Source: Sarea resinae (taxonomy: Eukaryota). Taken from it: a DNA stretch of 64,000 nucleotides. The DNA is taken from contig JAPEUD010000017.1 of NCBI GenBank assembly GCA_026026165.1, positions 124,001 through 188,000 of the forward strand, in the 5' to 3' direction. Position 1 is the stretch's first letter; each line of letters starts with the position of its first letter. Both the position numbers and the translations under genes were made by a program. The notes under the pieces are model-generated. The model did not search any database. It saw only the letters and a program-made list of their open reading frames with translations, and was not told where the DNA came from. Below, piece after piece: positions 13,510 through 26,526 of this stretch.

Positions 13510-16500
13510 ATGGCTATGCGTAAGCTTCTCTATTCCTTTGATTTTATTCTATCTGGAGGTGTGAGCGCTGATATGAACTTCGGCTTTAGAACTCGACATG
13601 TCGCAAGGTATATTACCTTTCTAAACCGATCATGGCATGAGATGGTGCATGTGCTAACCCTCATCAGCGGCTGTGATGAAGGATGAGCAAGGTCGGCCCT
13701 TTATCGTCGTCAGAGAGTACGTCCTTCCACCTCCGCCAGCTTCATATATATATTCCAGATTATCATGTCCCTCCAAGTTCCAGACGAAGTGGCCTAACTT
13801 GACACTTCTTTTACTACAGTCAGGGAAAGAAGAAGAGACAGCATGGTACAGAAGCTGTTAAATCACATATCCTGGCCGCTCGTACCGTTGCCAATCTCGT
13901 CAAGACCTCATTGGTAAGAATCGTGGTGCTTATTCATAGATGCAATTATCTAACCAGATTTAAATCAGGGGCCAAGAGGCTTAGACAAGATTCTCATCTC
14001 TCCGGATGGAGACATCACAGTCACCAACGATGGAGCTACCATATTATCCCAGGTAAGCTCAAGGTCTGAAGTTGTCGCCAGTGTCCTAACCCCTATCAAA
14101 GATGGAAATCTCGAATCACGTTGCTAGACTCCTTGTAGAGCTTTCCAAATCTCAAGATGATGAGATTGGCGATGGTACCACTGGCGTTGTCGTTCTTGCG
14201 GGAGCCCTGCTCGAGCAAGCCGCCGATCTCATCGACAAGGGAATCCATCCGATTCGGATAGCAGACGGTTACGACCAGGCTTGCGAGGTTGCTGTGGCCG
14301 AGCTTGATCGGGTCAGTGACAAAGTCGAATTCACGAAAGAACACAAAGAGAATCTATTCAAGGTTGCGAAAACCAGTTTGGGAAGCAAAATGTAAGAGTC
14401 TATGATGGTGTCGGAGGCTGCACGCCAAGCTGACAGAAGTTTTCAGTGTTTCGAAGGCTCATGATCAATTTGCCCACATTGCTGTGGATGCAATCCTTTC
14501 CGTTGCGGATTTGGAGCGGAAGGATGTTGACTTCGAACTTATCAAAGTCGACGGCAAAGTTGGAGGATCCTTGGAAGATTCACTCTTAGTCAAGGGCGTC
14601 ATTATAGATAAAGACTTTTCTCATCCTCAAATGCCGGATGAGGTTCGAGACGCCAAGATCGCCATTCTCACCTGCGCTTTTGAGCCGCCAAAGCCGAAGA
14701 CGAAACACAAGCTGGACATTACCACCGTCGAGGAATTCAAGAGGCTACAGAACTATGAGTCGACCAAGTTTTCTGAGATGATCGAGCAGATCAAGGATAC
14801 CGGGGCCAATCTCGTCATCTGCCAGTGGGGCTTTGATGACGAGGCCAATCATTTACTCCTTCAGAATGAGCTTCCTGCTGTACGATGGGTAGGTGGCCCA
14901 GAAATTGAGCTTATTGCCATCGCTACAAATGGGAGGATAGTCCCTAGATTTGAAGACTTAAGCGCGGAGAAGCTGGGTTCAGCTGGCATTGTCAAGGAAA
15001 TGAGCTTTGGTACGACTAGAGAGAAGATGTTGGTCATCGAAGAATGTGCGAATACGAGAGCTGTCACAGTATTCGTGCGTGGGAGTAATAAGATGGTATG
15101 TTTTCAAAATCTATTTGATCTTCAGTCGGCAGGACGTCAATCTACCTTCATAGACGGGGTTGTCATTCTTGGATTCATTATTGTTGCTATTCTGGCCGCT
15201 CCTGGTATCCTGTGCGGCCTTGCATCTACGTCAATTGCCTTCTCAGTGTTCATGCTAAGGGATGTGCCTAACTCTTGAATTCTTTATAGATTATCGATGA
15301 GGCCAAGCGTTCCCTACATGATGCACTATGCGTCGTGCGGAACCTTGTCACGGACAACCGTATAGTGTACGGTGGAGGAGCAGCCGAAATTGCTTGCTCG
15401 TTAGCAGTCGAAGAAGCTGCTGTCAAGGTAAATAGTCTTTCTTAAGATTCATTTTAATAGTTCAGGCTATCTGGTACATTCACGTCCATGTGCGAGAGTC
15501 TGAATACTACTTCTTGATATCCGTTGATTCGGCTAGTACATCTGCTAACGTAAATCAGAGCCCTGGATTAGAGCAATACGCTATGAGAGCCTTCGCGGAT
15601 GCGTTGGATGCAGTGCCAATGGCGCTCGCCGAGAACTCCGGACTGAACCCGATAGAGACACTGGCTTCTATCAAATCGCGACAGGTCACAGAGGGCAACT
15701 CGCGACTAGGAGTTGATTGTATGCAAACCGGTAGCAATGGTAAGTCCACAGATGCTTATACGATCTCGAATCTGCCCCGTGTTGGTGATCGTTCGATACT
15801 ACCCTCGGAGCCTTGCAAGTTTCAACACGATGTCATGTTGGAGATTCGGGTACACGTTGCTTGCTTTTTTATGATAAGCTTCGTTTCTCGGCTGCGCCTC
15901 GCGTGGCGCGAGTGGCCGATCCCACTCTACATTCTTTCTTTCCTATTCAAGAAAACATGTCCTACCCATCGCTGCAATTGCCTTCCCTCTTACCCCCACG
16001 TGGGCGTTCCATGCAGTCCTCGCAGCAGCAGCGACAGCAACCTTATCGTGCAGGAAGGATGGATGAGTGATGGGATGAAGCTGACAAACTTTGCTTTTGG
16101 CAACACAGACATGCGCGAGAACTTCGTGATCGATCCATTGATAGGGAAGCGCCAACAGTTACTTCTGGCAACCCAGCTGTGTCGCATGGTCCTCAAGGTA
16201 CGACCTCTCGTCTCACGCTCCCTTGCATTTTCCCTTTTGATTTTCTCGCTTGCTGTCTACTGTCCCCATGACCATCCCATCTATCTCCAAAGGAATGTCA
16301 GTGATCACGAATCTTGGTGACACTTACTGGCTTTCTCCAACCTCGAACCCTGTGACTATTACTCTATTGTTTACTCGGTGCCACTCATTCGGCTGGGTTA
16401 CTCAGATGGCCTTTCACTTGCGCTCATGCTTCATTGTTTCACTTTTTGCGTTGCTGATACATGTGCGATGTCTCCTACAGATTAACAATGTGATCATTGC

Positions 16501-16525
16501 TGGGAATGACGAAAACGAGTTCTGA
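13510..16525 (+). CDS. CCT5: T-complex protein 1 subunit epsilon (CCT5), many exons including tiny first exons
   Basis: [66 protein letters not shown]. Last exon 16481-16525. Confidence 0.96.
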
Positions 16526-18899
16526 GCGCGTCGATCGTCTGGTATTGGCTGTGGTGGCAATGTTGAGTTTTTGAAAACTTCGATCTGTTCCGATGAGCGC
16601 ATTCCCAGAAGGCTAAGGCAGGAAATATGTCAAGGACAGCGGATATGGCAAAAAGAGCAGAGCAGAGGCGAAGACAAGCATTCCTGTGGCGTCTCTCCGA
16701 TTCGATGTAACATGTTGCACGTTGTAAATCAGCATTTACTTTAGTAGACAGCAGAGAACCTCAATGTAAGATGGACTGAACGGTCGTGGTCATGCGACGG
16801 TCACAGTTATGTGTTTTGGTGTACAAAGTTGAATATTCGTGTTCCGGGAGGTGTGACGAGACATTTGATCCAATATCAGTTTGATATCGATCCCTGAGTG
16901 CGCTCTGAACGTCTTAGGCAACACTCGCAGCTTGCAGATGCCCGTCGTGCAAGAGCTGAAACTCCCATAACCCGATGTTTACAAGTGAATTCCATCCAGA
17001 CGAGGTTGTCAATCCCAATTCTAAATTTTCCAACACTGCTATCGTAGGTCTCAGACGAGGGAGGAAGGAGAGCTTCAAGCTCGGCTTCAGATCGATGCGC
17101 TAGCTCATGACCTGCGTAGCATAGGTAGTCAATAGTACGAAACGGAAAGAAATCCGAATGGCAGAGCGGTAGGCTTCATCCAGTCTTCATATAAACACAA
17201 ATAAACCAGGTAGGCGGTTCCATTATTCGTGCGTCTCAGACGCTCAGCTGTGTCTGCCTAAATCTGCTTGGACTCAACACATCCAGTTATCGATGAATAT
17301 TTGGCGACAATTAGGATCATACGAGGAAAACCACCGAGCCACTGAATCTTTGAATCAAGTCTTGAACGGTGTAATCTGACTATCGTGTAGTCAGAAGTTC
17401 GCTACCTGTCTCTTTGTTTGATTGTTGATTCTTTATATTATAATTCTAGATCAATGTATACAGCATGGAAGGAAAACAAAGGAGGGGATCATTGGATCAA
17501 TGATGAATTGGATGGCAGACTGCGAGACCCGATACTGATGGTACAGTTGTCTAGAATTAGATGCCTATCCATACCATCTCTCTCCAATACTGCCCGCAGA
17601 ATTAGCTAGTTGATCGGGCATCTCATTTCTGCACCCACGGCTGACTGCGTCAAGGCTTGGTTGTGCCATGACATATCTACTAGAGTAGAATTCTCAGTTG
17701 TGTACGAAAGCCGAGAGTAGAAAAAGTCTCACATGTAGATGGCTGTCAAGGGGTATTCCTTTGTCTTGCCGAAAGAGAAGAGATAACCGCCTGCAGAGAC
17801 CAATGTCAATCATCATCCACCCGTGGTTCACTTGCGCCACATTGGACTTTGAGCCGACGTGGATGTAGTCAAGTTCAGGTACACCTCTCGGGGAACTAGT
17901 TGATCGGGTGTGAAATCAATGAAGACTGTCATCATCCCACCACTGAAGTCATTGAAGCGCATGTGCCCAACCTCACCTTGATAGAGCAGTACTCCGGAGA
18001 AGAAAGAAATAGAACACTCATGTCACGCTCATAAAGAACCATTGGTTTGCCGGAGCAAGATAAGAAAGACAAAGAAACAAAGGAAATGAGATAAAGCGTA
18101 AGTTTGCAGATTGGGCGGCTGGATGATGTGATCGGGCTCGCGCCGCGGTGCGGAAGGTCGAATGCGGTTCCGCGGGGTCTTGGCAGATTGCCATCATTCG
18201 TGGCGGATGAAACAAGCAAAAAAAAGGAAACAAACTCAATAAAGAAATACGTGAAATGGGGGACGAGTCAACGAGGCGAAGCCTGCTACAAAGAAATGGG
18301 AAGCCGTAAATCGGCAATAGAGCTTGCGATATCAACATATCACCGTCACGAAAAGGTTCCCTTGTGACCCTTGGAGGATGTTTTCGAGAGGATAGTTACG
18401 GATATGTAGAGGTTGTGCGGGAGTGCTAGAGAAGCCAGCGAGCAGACCATGTTGTTATTACACTCCGTAGAGTAGTCATTCTATTTGGCAATACAATGAA
18501 GTACATAGTAGCGCAACGACGGGGCTTCCGCGAGCGTTCGGGAACGCTTTCCCAATTTACAAACAAAGCATTCGCGCGAGGCGGCAGTTTTGTCTCCACG
18601 TGCGAGCTGTCGGAGGGGATCAAAGCCTGCAGTCTCGCTAGGGGTGAACCAAAGATCTGGGTCGTGAGCTTGGTCGGCGATTCAAGTCACCGATTGTTTG
18701 ACCTGCCACGGACGGCGCACGAGTACGGCACTCGTTGGTGGTGGCCGGCTGTGAAAGGGTCGAATGGGAGCTAGCAAGCCAACCCGACTCTTGGGACTTA
18801 GATGGACTGACTGGTCACAAATGAGGAGAAATGTTTCTCGGGCCAAGGTCCAGGGTTGATTGAATCCTTGATTACACCTTGTCCCCTACTCTAGACAGA

Positions 18900-21172
18900 C
18901 TGGCAAAAGCCATCACAGTCAACTACTCCGGAGTAGAATCATCGTTGCTGGCGGTCGAATGGCATTCCTCGTATCTCGGGTACTCTTCGTGACTTCGAAG
19001 GAGTATCTCAGGTACCACAATATCACAGGCTTCATCATATCAGACAAGGGCTCTCAATTCCGCACAATATCCGACGAACCCTAATGTTAAGCCATGTTGG
19101 GCGATGTTGCCATATCGAATAACGGCCGTACCACCCGATACCGGGGGGCGTGAGGTTGGTATTGGGCCTGTTTGCCCGAGGTGGGAAAGCGGGAAATGAT
19201 GTGTGGGTGGGGAGTGCCTGGACGCAAAAGTAAAGAAAAGAGACAAGCAAACGGCAGATGACCAGCCCCTGTTGATCTCTGCTTCCCTAGGCATCTTACT
19301 CCGGCCCCGTGGGGTGGTACTTACTACTACGAGTATGTGGTGGGAAGATGCCATGATACTCGAGCCGTTCTCCCAATCATTTTGCCTGTGGCCCTTACTC
19401 CGGAGTATCATGCAGCAGGGTAGGCTGCAGTTGATGGGCAAAGGTGGTGGTGTTGCGTGGGTGGTTGGCATGGGATAGGATAGGGCATCGATGGATGCCA
19501 GGAGGTCGGGTCGGGACGTTAGCTTTCCAGTCCCGGATGCGCCCGCCACTTCCCCCCGCGGTCGCTTGCCAATCATTCCCAAACCCATGGAATATCGAAA
19601 GTGATTGAATAGAGTATGACAATGGCTGCTTGCTATCAGTAATACCGGGAAATATTCCTATTTCCTTCGGACCCGAGATTCATAGGCCTGAAGCGCATGG
19701 GCCCCGATTTCGGAAACCTCTGCACCCCTCACGAAGACTGCCAGAGAGCTTCTTGTATTCGTACTTCAGTAGATGCCGCAGTGGCGAGCTGTAGCGCCCG
19801 CTGCTGGGACGATTGGCGAACAGACATCGTTATAGAACCGCAGTCCGCAATTTCGGGGAACAAGGGTACCGACTTCCTGGTGGCTGGAGGTCTATACGGA
19901 GTAGGTAGAATAGCTTCAGATCGTTTCGCACAGCTGGGACTGCTCGACATCGTGACCGCGGTTTCGGTATTGGGTCTCAATGATCAGCATTGGTCACACC
20001 CAGTCAATATCAACTTCTCGGTGTAGCTGCCGTCAAAGTCTCGATATCAATGGCAGAGAGAGCGAGTGACTTTGACTTTACTGCTGTTGAATGGTGAGAA
20101 GACCGAGCTTAGTCTGCTTTAACGTGACAAAGCCAGGGTCTAAGACTTCTATCTCTGCTGACAACCACGGCACACAAGACGGAACAAGCGGGCACTCAAC
20201 ACCATACCTAGGTATCTATCTACCTACTTTAAATATCTATCACATGGACACCGGTATCTTACCCAAACAACAGTAATACGTAAGGGACAATAATTGCGTA
20301 GCTCAATGGACCAGGAGAGTACGATCGAGAGCACGATCGAAAACTTGAACATGTCTCACCCTCATCCGATACCTTCCATTCTCTTTATTCGCCTTACTCT
20401 ACCTTTCGTGTCAGCCAGGACTCCAATGCCTCGGCGAGCAGCCCTGGAGAGCAAGGACGTTCGATATGACGGATCAAGAGCCGCCAATTGGATCACGAGG
20501 ATCTTCAACCGAAGGAGTCGTTCGATTTATTCGGACGACCGAGATTTCAGGTCGCACGTTCCACGTATTTGCCTCACTGCCTATTCCATTTGGAGTACAC
20601 ATCCGTACCGAGTAGGTAGGTAGGCTTAGAAGTCATAGTAGTGAGGGTTTGAGATCCAATTGGATCATTGATCCCAACAAAGGCGAGTTACGGAGCAAAG
20701 TATGACTTACTCAGCAAAGATACCATCCTCAGGACCTTCCAAGTATTTATTGCTAGTGAGTGCAGTATCTGTGCGGCACGTGGCCACTACTCTGTACTCC
20801 GTGTGCCGAGTACTCCGTACTGGAGATGAGGTGCCACCGGTCTCCTACTCCGTACTCTTTCGAGCTAGCAAGCCTAGCAAGCGCTTCTTACCCTTTTCAA
20901 GCACTAACCGAGTCGATAGCTGTGATCATTCCAGGGCTTCACGATCGCCCCTCAATTCTGACCCAGTTAGGGTACGCTGCCGAATGTCAGACACACAAAC
21001 ACAGAATGCGGGGGTTTCTTCCACGAGGCTTCTAGCTTCCAAATTACAATGGCTTGTGCCAACGTCCCGTGCTGATGTCTTCGGCTCCGAGGTTTCTGCG
21101 ACCGGGCAAGTTCGGTCAGATTGAGAGATCATCTATGAAGTAACCGTGCTGCTCCGCATCAATTTTTGAGGG
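18900..21172 (+). ncRNA. Speculative telomerase RNA candidate (ends uncertain)
   Basis: AACCCTAA at 19077-19084; long-range complementary segments in 19190-19580; Sm-like AATTTTTG at 21161 followed by GTAACA (21173) and CTGAC (21251); no credible ORF. Pseudoknot and CR4/5 not identified. Confidence 0.2.
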
Positions 21173-24100
21173 GTAACATATCATTGCTGAGTCTGGATGA
21201 CAATGATGCAAGTCTCCCTTGACATCCTGTGGCTACCCCAGACTTTTTGACTGACTCTACTGTCCTGAGTTCGAGTGGTGAAATTTCAATTTCAATTTCA
21301 AGGTTACCTTAGAAAAGCAAATCTTAGAGTCAGCCATCCTTAGGAAAGAGATTAGCTGACGTAGAGCCAAGTGCCTTCGCTCACATTATTTCATCCTGAT
21401 TTGATACTCTAGGAGGATTTTCAATGCTCGGCCCCAGAGATCCATCCCAGCCTTTCGTAGCTGATCCTCAGCAAAGAAATCCGTAATTCGGTTCCTGCAC
21501 ATCATGTCGAGTCGAGTCACAGGTAGCCATTGTACGAGGATTCGCTCGATGTCGCTTTTGCTCCACTGAGATCCGCGAGTCGGACTTGGTTCCTCATGCA
21601 TACCGGTATACTCCGCAGTAGATAATATGTGTTAGTAGCTAAGGTATTGTGATCGTACGGGAAGCCATTATTGTCGCAAATGCATCCTGCGAATACTACC
21701 TAGGTAGGTATGCAATTCCAAGGCTTAGAAGGTCGATCGTTCGGGAAGGCCCGAGCGAGTTTTTGGCTTTCTTCGTCGCGCCACTATGACTCGTTGTACA
21801 AACGGCACATCTTAGGGCATTGTCTGATTCGGCTTCGATGATATAAACGAGGCCGAGAGCTGGGGATCCGGAATTATTCTCTTAAATGTCAGCTTTGCAA
21901 ACGTGGGGTGTGATTGTATTTGCATGCAGCATTCCCCGTTGCTATTGCACGACCCTGCATCAATGCTCGTAACGGACTAGTCCGGCATCGGCCCGTAGTA
22001 CTTCGTACATAGCAGCTCGCCTTAGATGGATAGGTACCCTTGGGTTGAGAATTGTCGCCATTCAACGCTGTTCGGCACTGGCTGTTTCGTACGCTGTTGA
22101 GTGTCGGGAAACATTTCGTATCGGGCTTGTTGACAATTCCTTTGTAGACCGTTGAAACGATTCTGATCCCGCTAAGAGAGCTCAAGATGCCCACAGCAAT
22201 GGGCTCTAAGGCCGTAGGCTTGGGTGTCTCTAATCTCAGCATTCGAAGATTGTCATAGACATGATCCGCAGGAATATACGGACCATTTTGATTCAACATT
22301 CGCGATTTATAACCTTTACTGCAGAATAATACCTAATACCGCCGAGAACTTAATCCAAACTGTGCACAGTTACAAAGGATGGATTGGCCAAGCTCTTAGC
22401 TACTCCAGCGCTCCGCCTTTACTGCACGCGATAACCAGATTTCGTTTCCATTATTGAGATAGGTGCGAAAGTACTGTTTGACGATGAGGGCCGAAGTCGA
22501 TGCCATAGCCTACTCATCTACTACGAAGTACTCCCAATGCGAGACATTTGATCGACGGAAAAAGCTTATTGGACGAGAGTCAAACCAATCTTAATGAACC
22601 TAAAGCTTGAGGATGACGCAGGGTTTGGCAGGAGCAGGAGCCTCCCGAGTCTGCAGGGACTTCGTGGGCCCGCAAAAGTGGGTATCTCCCCGCAATGACG
22701 GTACAGAGTTGCTTTCCTACATCATAAATAACGCCAGAGGGAGTATCCGTCTAGACGGCGATCGCAGCTCGTTCAGTAGGCGTGCTCTGCTCGCCGACTC
22801 TCCATCTTAGGACGTACTCCATGGTACATTACTGCAGTACTGGGTCGTCGTATCTTGCCGACTCGCTCCGGTCAAGAGGGTAGAACATCACCAATGCGTG
22901 GAAGCTGACCCCGCGGAGTCGCGGGTATGGATCTGCTGCTGACTCCACGCGACCTAATCTGTATGTAGAACTGATTGCCAGCGCAGAGATGCGGTGAGCG
23001 TTAGCGATGTCAGTGGCCAATGTCAGTGGCCGCGAAAGAGACTGCGGCGCCGTGACTGTAGCACCACCGAGAGACTCACATCTTGACTGGGAATGTTATT
23101 GCACAAGTTTTGTTCTCAGGACCACAGTGTACAACGCATGAGAGTGATGTGCACCTCCACGTGCTGGTAACGAACAACTCATGTTGAGGATGTTGCGCGC
23201 ATGGAAGACTTGCCAACACAACCATCTTGTGAATTGAAAGTGGCTGATAGATAAGACATGTTCTGTTGATGAAGCTCACAAGCCCACCGGCTCTTTGTCT
23301 CCCCACAAGATCTTCCTGGAATAATCTCGTGCTAGATTCGGCCAGATAATGTGTTGCAGAAGAATGATCCTGCGGGCGTCTGGACCTGACTAGGAAGCCT
23401 ACCTACCTGGAAGCAATGACTGCTAATGCTGTAGAGCCTACCCTGTCTTCGGCAATCTAGTGCCTCAAGAGAGAATTCTGTTACTCGTAGATTTCTTCTC
23501 GCGGCGAGAATGAAAAGGTGCTCTAGTGCCTGCAAACTGATGAGGGGTCTATTTTGCTTCCGAATTCTATGCCGCGCTTGTTAAGGTAGACGGCGGCGGT
23601 GAAAAGTTCTTTCAGGCCAACGGGCTCGGCATCCCGCCAGAACCGGATATTGTAGCTTCATTCACGACAGCCTTGACCGCTCTTGATATGAAAAACAGCA
23701 TGTGATATTTACTGCAGTTGAACTAGTACTAAAATGCACAAGCCCCATCGACATGAGGCACCGCTGGCGGCGTGGCGTTCTGGTTCGCAGGGCAGACAAC
23801 ACCGCCTCGCAGCACCAATAATGCGACAGCTGGAAAAGTAAACACGGCTTCACAAGTGAGCGTGTGACCTAGATGATTGTATAGCTGCGGTGGGGGTACG
23901 GGAACACACGTTGCGGATATTAGAGCAGGTGGCCAAAGAGTGGGCCAAGAATGGACCATCAGATATTCGATACATCCAGCTTGGTACCACAGAAGCTGCT
24001 CATTCGCGTTCGCATTCGCTTTTGCAGTCGGGCGCGCGGCAAATCGCTGAGATGAGGGGAGAGAAATTAATAGGGCCGAGCTGACAGCTCCCCCGACGAT

Positions 24101-25320
24101 TGCCCGGCACTTGGGTTCTCGCCCACCCCCTTCAGCATACCACACCTTACCTCGTGGGGAGCATGATTTCGTTCGCCAAACTCTTACTAAGTAACGGCCC
24201 TCTCCATTGAATAATGACGAGGACCCAGCAACGAAAATTGAAAGGGTTCATCTAGTGCTGTTACAGTTTCGGTCACAGTGGAGAAGACCCTGATCTCTTG
24301 CCTTTATCCGATATCCAATAACAACGAAGATATCACGGAGTACTCTAGCGGTTCCCACCTGGACAAAAGAAGAAAGAGGGCGGTGTGAGATTGATGATCC
24401 ACTGTCCCTTGAAGCTGATCCTTCTGGAGAAAAGCCCGGACGATACTCCTGAGACATGTACCTGATAGCCTAGAGTACATACGTAAGGTACCTGTGTACG
24501 CCCCACCTATCACAGTGTTCCCATTATTTGTCTTTCCCCACGCCGCGGGCGGTCACCTACCAGATATGCGCTGTACGAAATGGAATTGATGGATTTGTAT
24601 GCGAAGCAAGGTACATCTACTCCGTATCATCTTACTGCTACTCTACGGCGTATTCGCACCTGTCTGCAACCTTGGACCCTCTATCCAGCCTCTCCCGCGC
24701 CGAGAGACAATCAACTCTAATCCCCAACGCGAAACCCCCATGCCTGCACTCCCACGCCCACGGCCCCCTCTCCCCCTCCCCCTCATCCCATGCCAGACGA
24801 GGTTCTCATATTGCCTCGCATCGTCAAGTTGGAGGGTCCCTGCTCCGGCACCCATGCAGCTGGCCATCTGTTCCCAGATCCCCGAGTTCTCTGATCCGTC
24901 ATTTGGTATTCAGGGCCTAAGAAGGGTCGCAACGCCGACTGACTCGTAGTCGATGCGCTAAAGGTGAGGTAAGTAACCGAACTGGCTCTGTACCTTTCCT
25001 TTACCGACGAAGCGCGACCTTTCCGCATCCCCCGTCACCCAAGTAAGGTAAGGCAAGTAAGGAATTGGATTCCCGAGAGCAGCACCCAGGTCTCTAGGGC
25101 TGGCCGTGGTGGACGAGGACAGCATCCGAGGAATTCCCGTCACGTCCGAGTCAAGTTCTCCCCATCCGTACGGAGTCGTTGGAGTGTGGCATTAAATCTC
25201 TGATTTACATTTGCTAATTCACCGAAAAGATACCTCACCGTAGGTAGTCAGTGATAGAATGTCAAAGGATGGTGCATCAAGGGAATTCCGGTCATGGAGA
25301 CAACGGAACGGGCAGGAAGT

Positions 25321-25365
25321 CATTCAGGCCATTCAGGTCATTCAGGTCATTCAGGTCATTCAGGT
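25321..25365. repeat. 9-bp tandem repeat (CATTCAGGT)x5
   Basis: Directly visible; the first unit has one mismatch. Confidence 0.9.
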
Positions 25366-26526
25366 CCTCAATGTGCTTCGTACAAAGTACTCCGGAGTAC
25401 AGCCTGGGAGGTCGACCTCTCGGTTACGGTGCTGCTTCCGCCCAACAGCTACTCCGGAATACAGTACTCCGGAGTACTTTCGTCAAGTCATGTCCATCAC
25501 ACCCCGAGAGAAGGAGGTAGCCCTCACAACGGCGGAGGAGGGTACAAGAGATACTCGAGATACTTGAGGTACTTCCACCGTCATTGACTAAGGTGGAGAC
25601 GACGAGTCGACGAGTCTACGAGTCTACGACTGCCGCCAGAGTCGAAATTCCCGAATCAGGACGCGACCTGGGCGGGCCTTTCGACCTTACTCAGTCACTC
25701 CCATGTCGCTCGGTCTCTACGCACTACCCTACTAGCCGTTGCCGTTCACCCTTCAACCCTTCCTGTCGCCCCAGTCAGTGAATGGTACATCGACCACCAC
25801 CGCGCAGTCTAGACAATGAAGACTGTCGACAACGGCATCTAGTGTCTATCCCGGATGTAGAGTAGAGAATACTACATATACATATCCACATCCACATTTG
25901 CTCCGTATCCCAATCCCAATCCATAACTCATATCCACATGCCCTTGTCTTTCCTTTCCTGCACCACCCACATCTCATCATCATCCTCCACCACCACACAA
26001 TAATCCGCCGCGCCCCCATGCAACAAGGACTACGCCCTCGGTCCCACCACGCTGGTTCCTGCGTTGCGACATCTTAGACAAAAGCAGCCTCTCTCCCACC
26101 CTCGCTGGCCGCATCCGCCCTCTCCTCCCCAGATTCCCGACGTTTGCACAAACACCACCCACAAAGGCAACTCCTTACCACCTCACCTCGCTGCCCGCCT
26201 CGTCTCGTCTCGCACACGTCTCGGTCGTCTCTTCCTCCCTCGTACGAAATAACAGCAGACGATAACGCCGCAGCCAAACACTTCTCGATCACTGCACCTT
26301 CCACTTCGATCTCCCTACACACCCAATACCCACGACATCGCCTACCTACCTAATCCACTCGGTAGCTGTCGCAACAACGCGACAACCGCTCTCCTGGCGT
26401 TCACCCGCACCCAGCGTCGAATCTGACGCAATCCATTCAACACCCTTACCGGATCATCACCTTACAACCGCCATTGTGCATTCCAACGTGTATTCGCTCG
26501 ACACCGCTCGAGCAGACTCTGCTGTC

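Noticed and set aside
17700..17940. Minus-strand ATGATGA...CTGA pairs as C/D snoRNAs
   Set aside because: No terminal stems or recognisable rRNA guide; such motifs are common by chance.
21386..24084. Protein-looking short ORFs (21386-21601 minus, 23890-24084 plus)
   Set aside because: No recognisable motifs or splice-supported extension.
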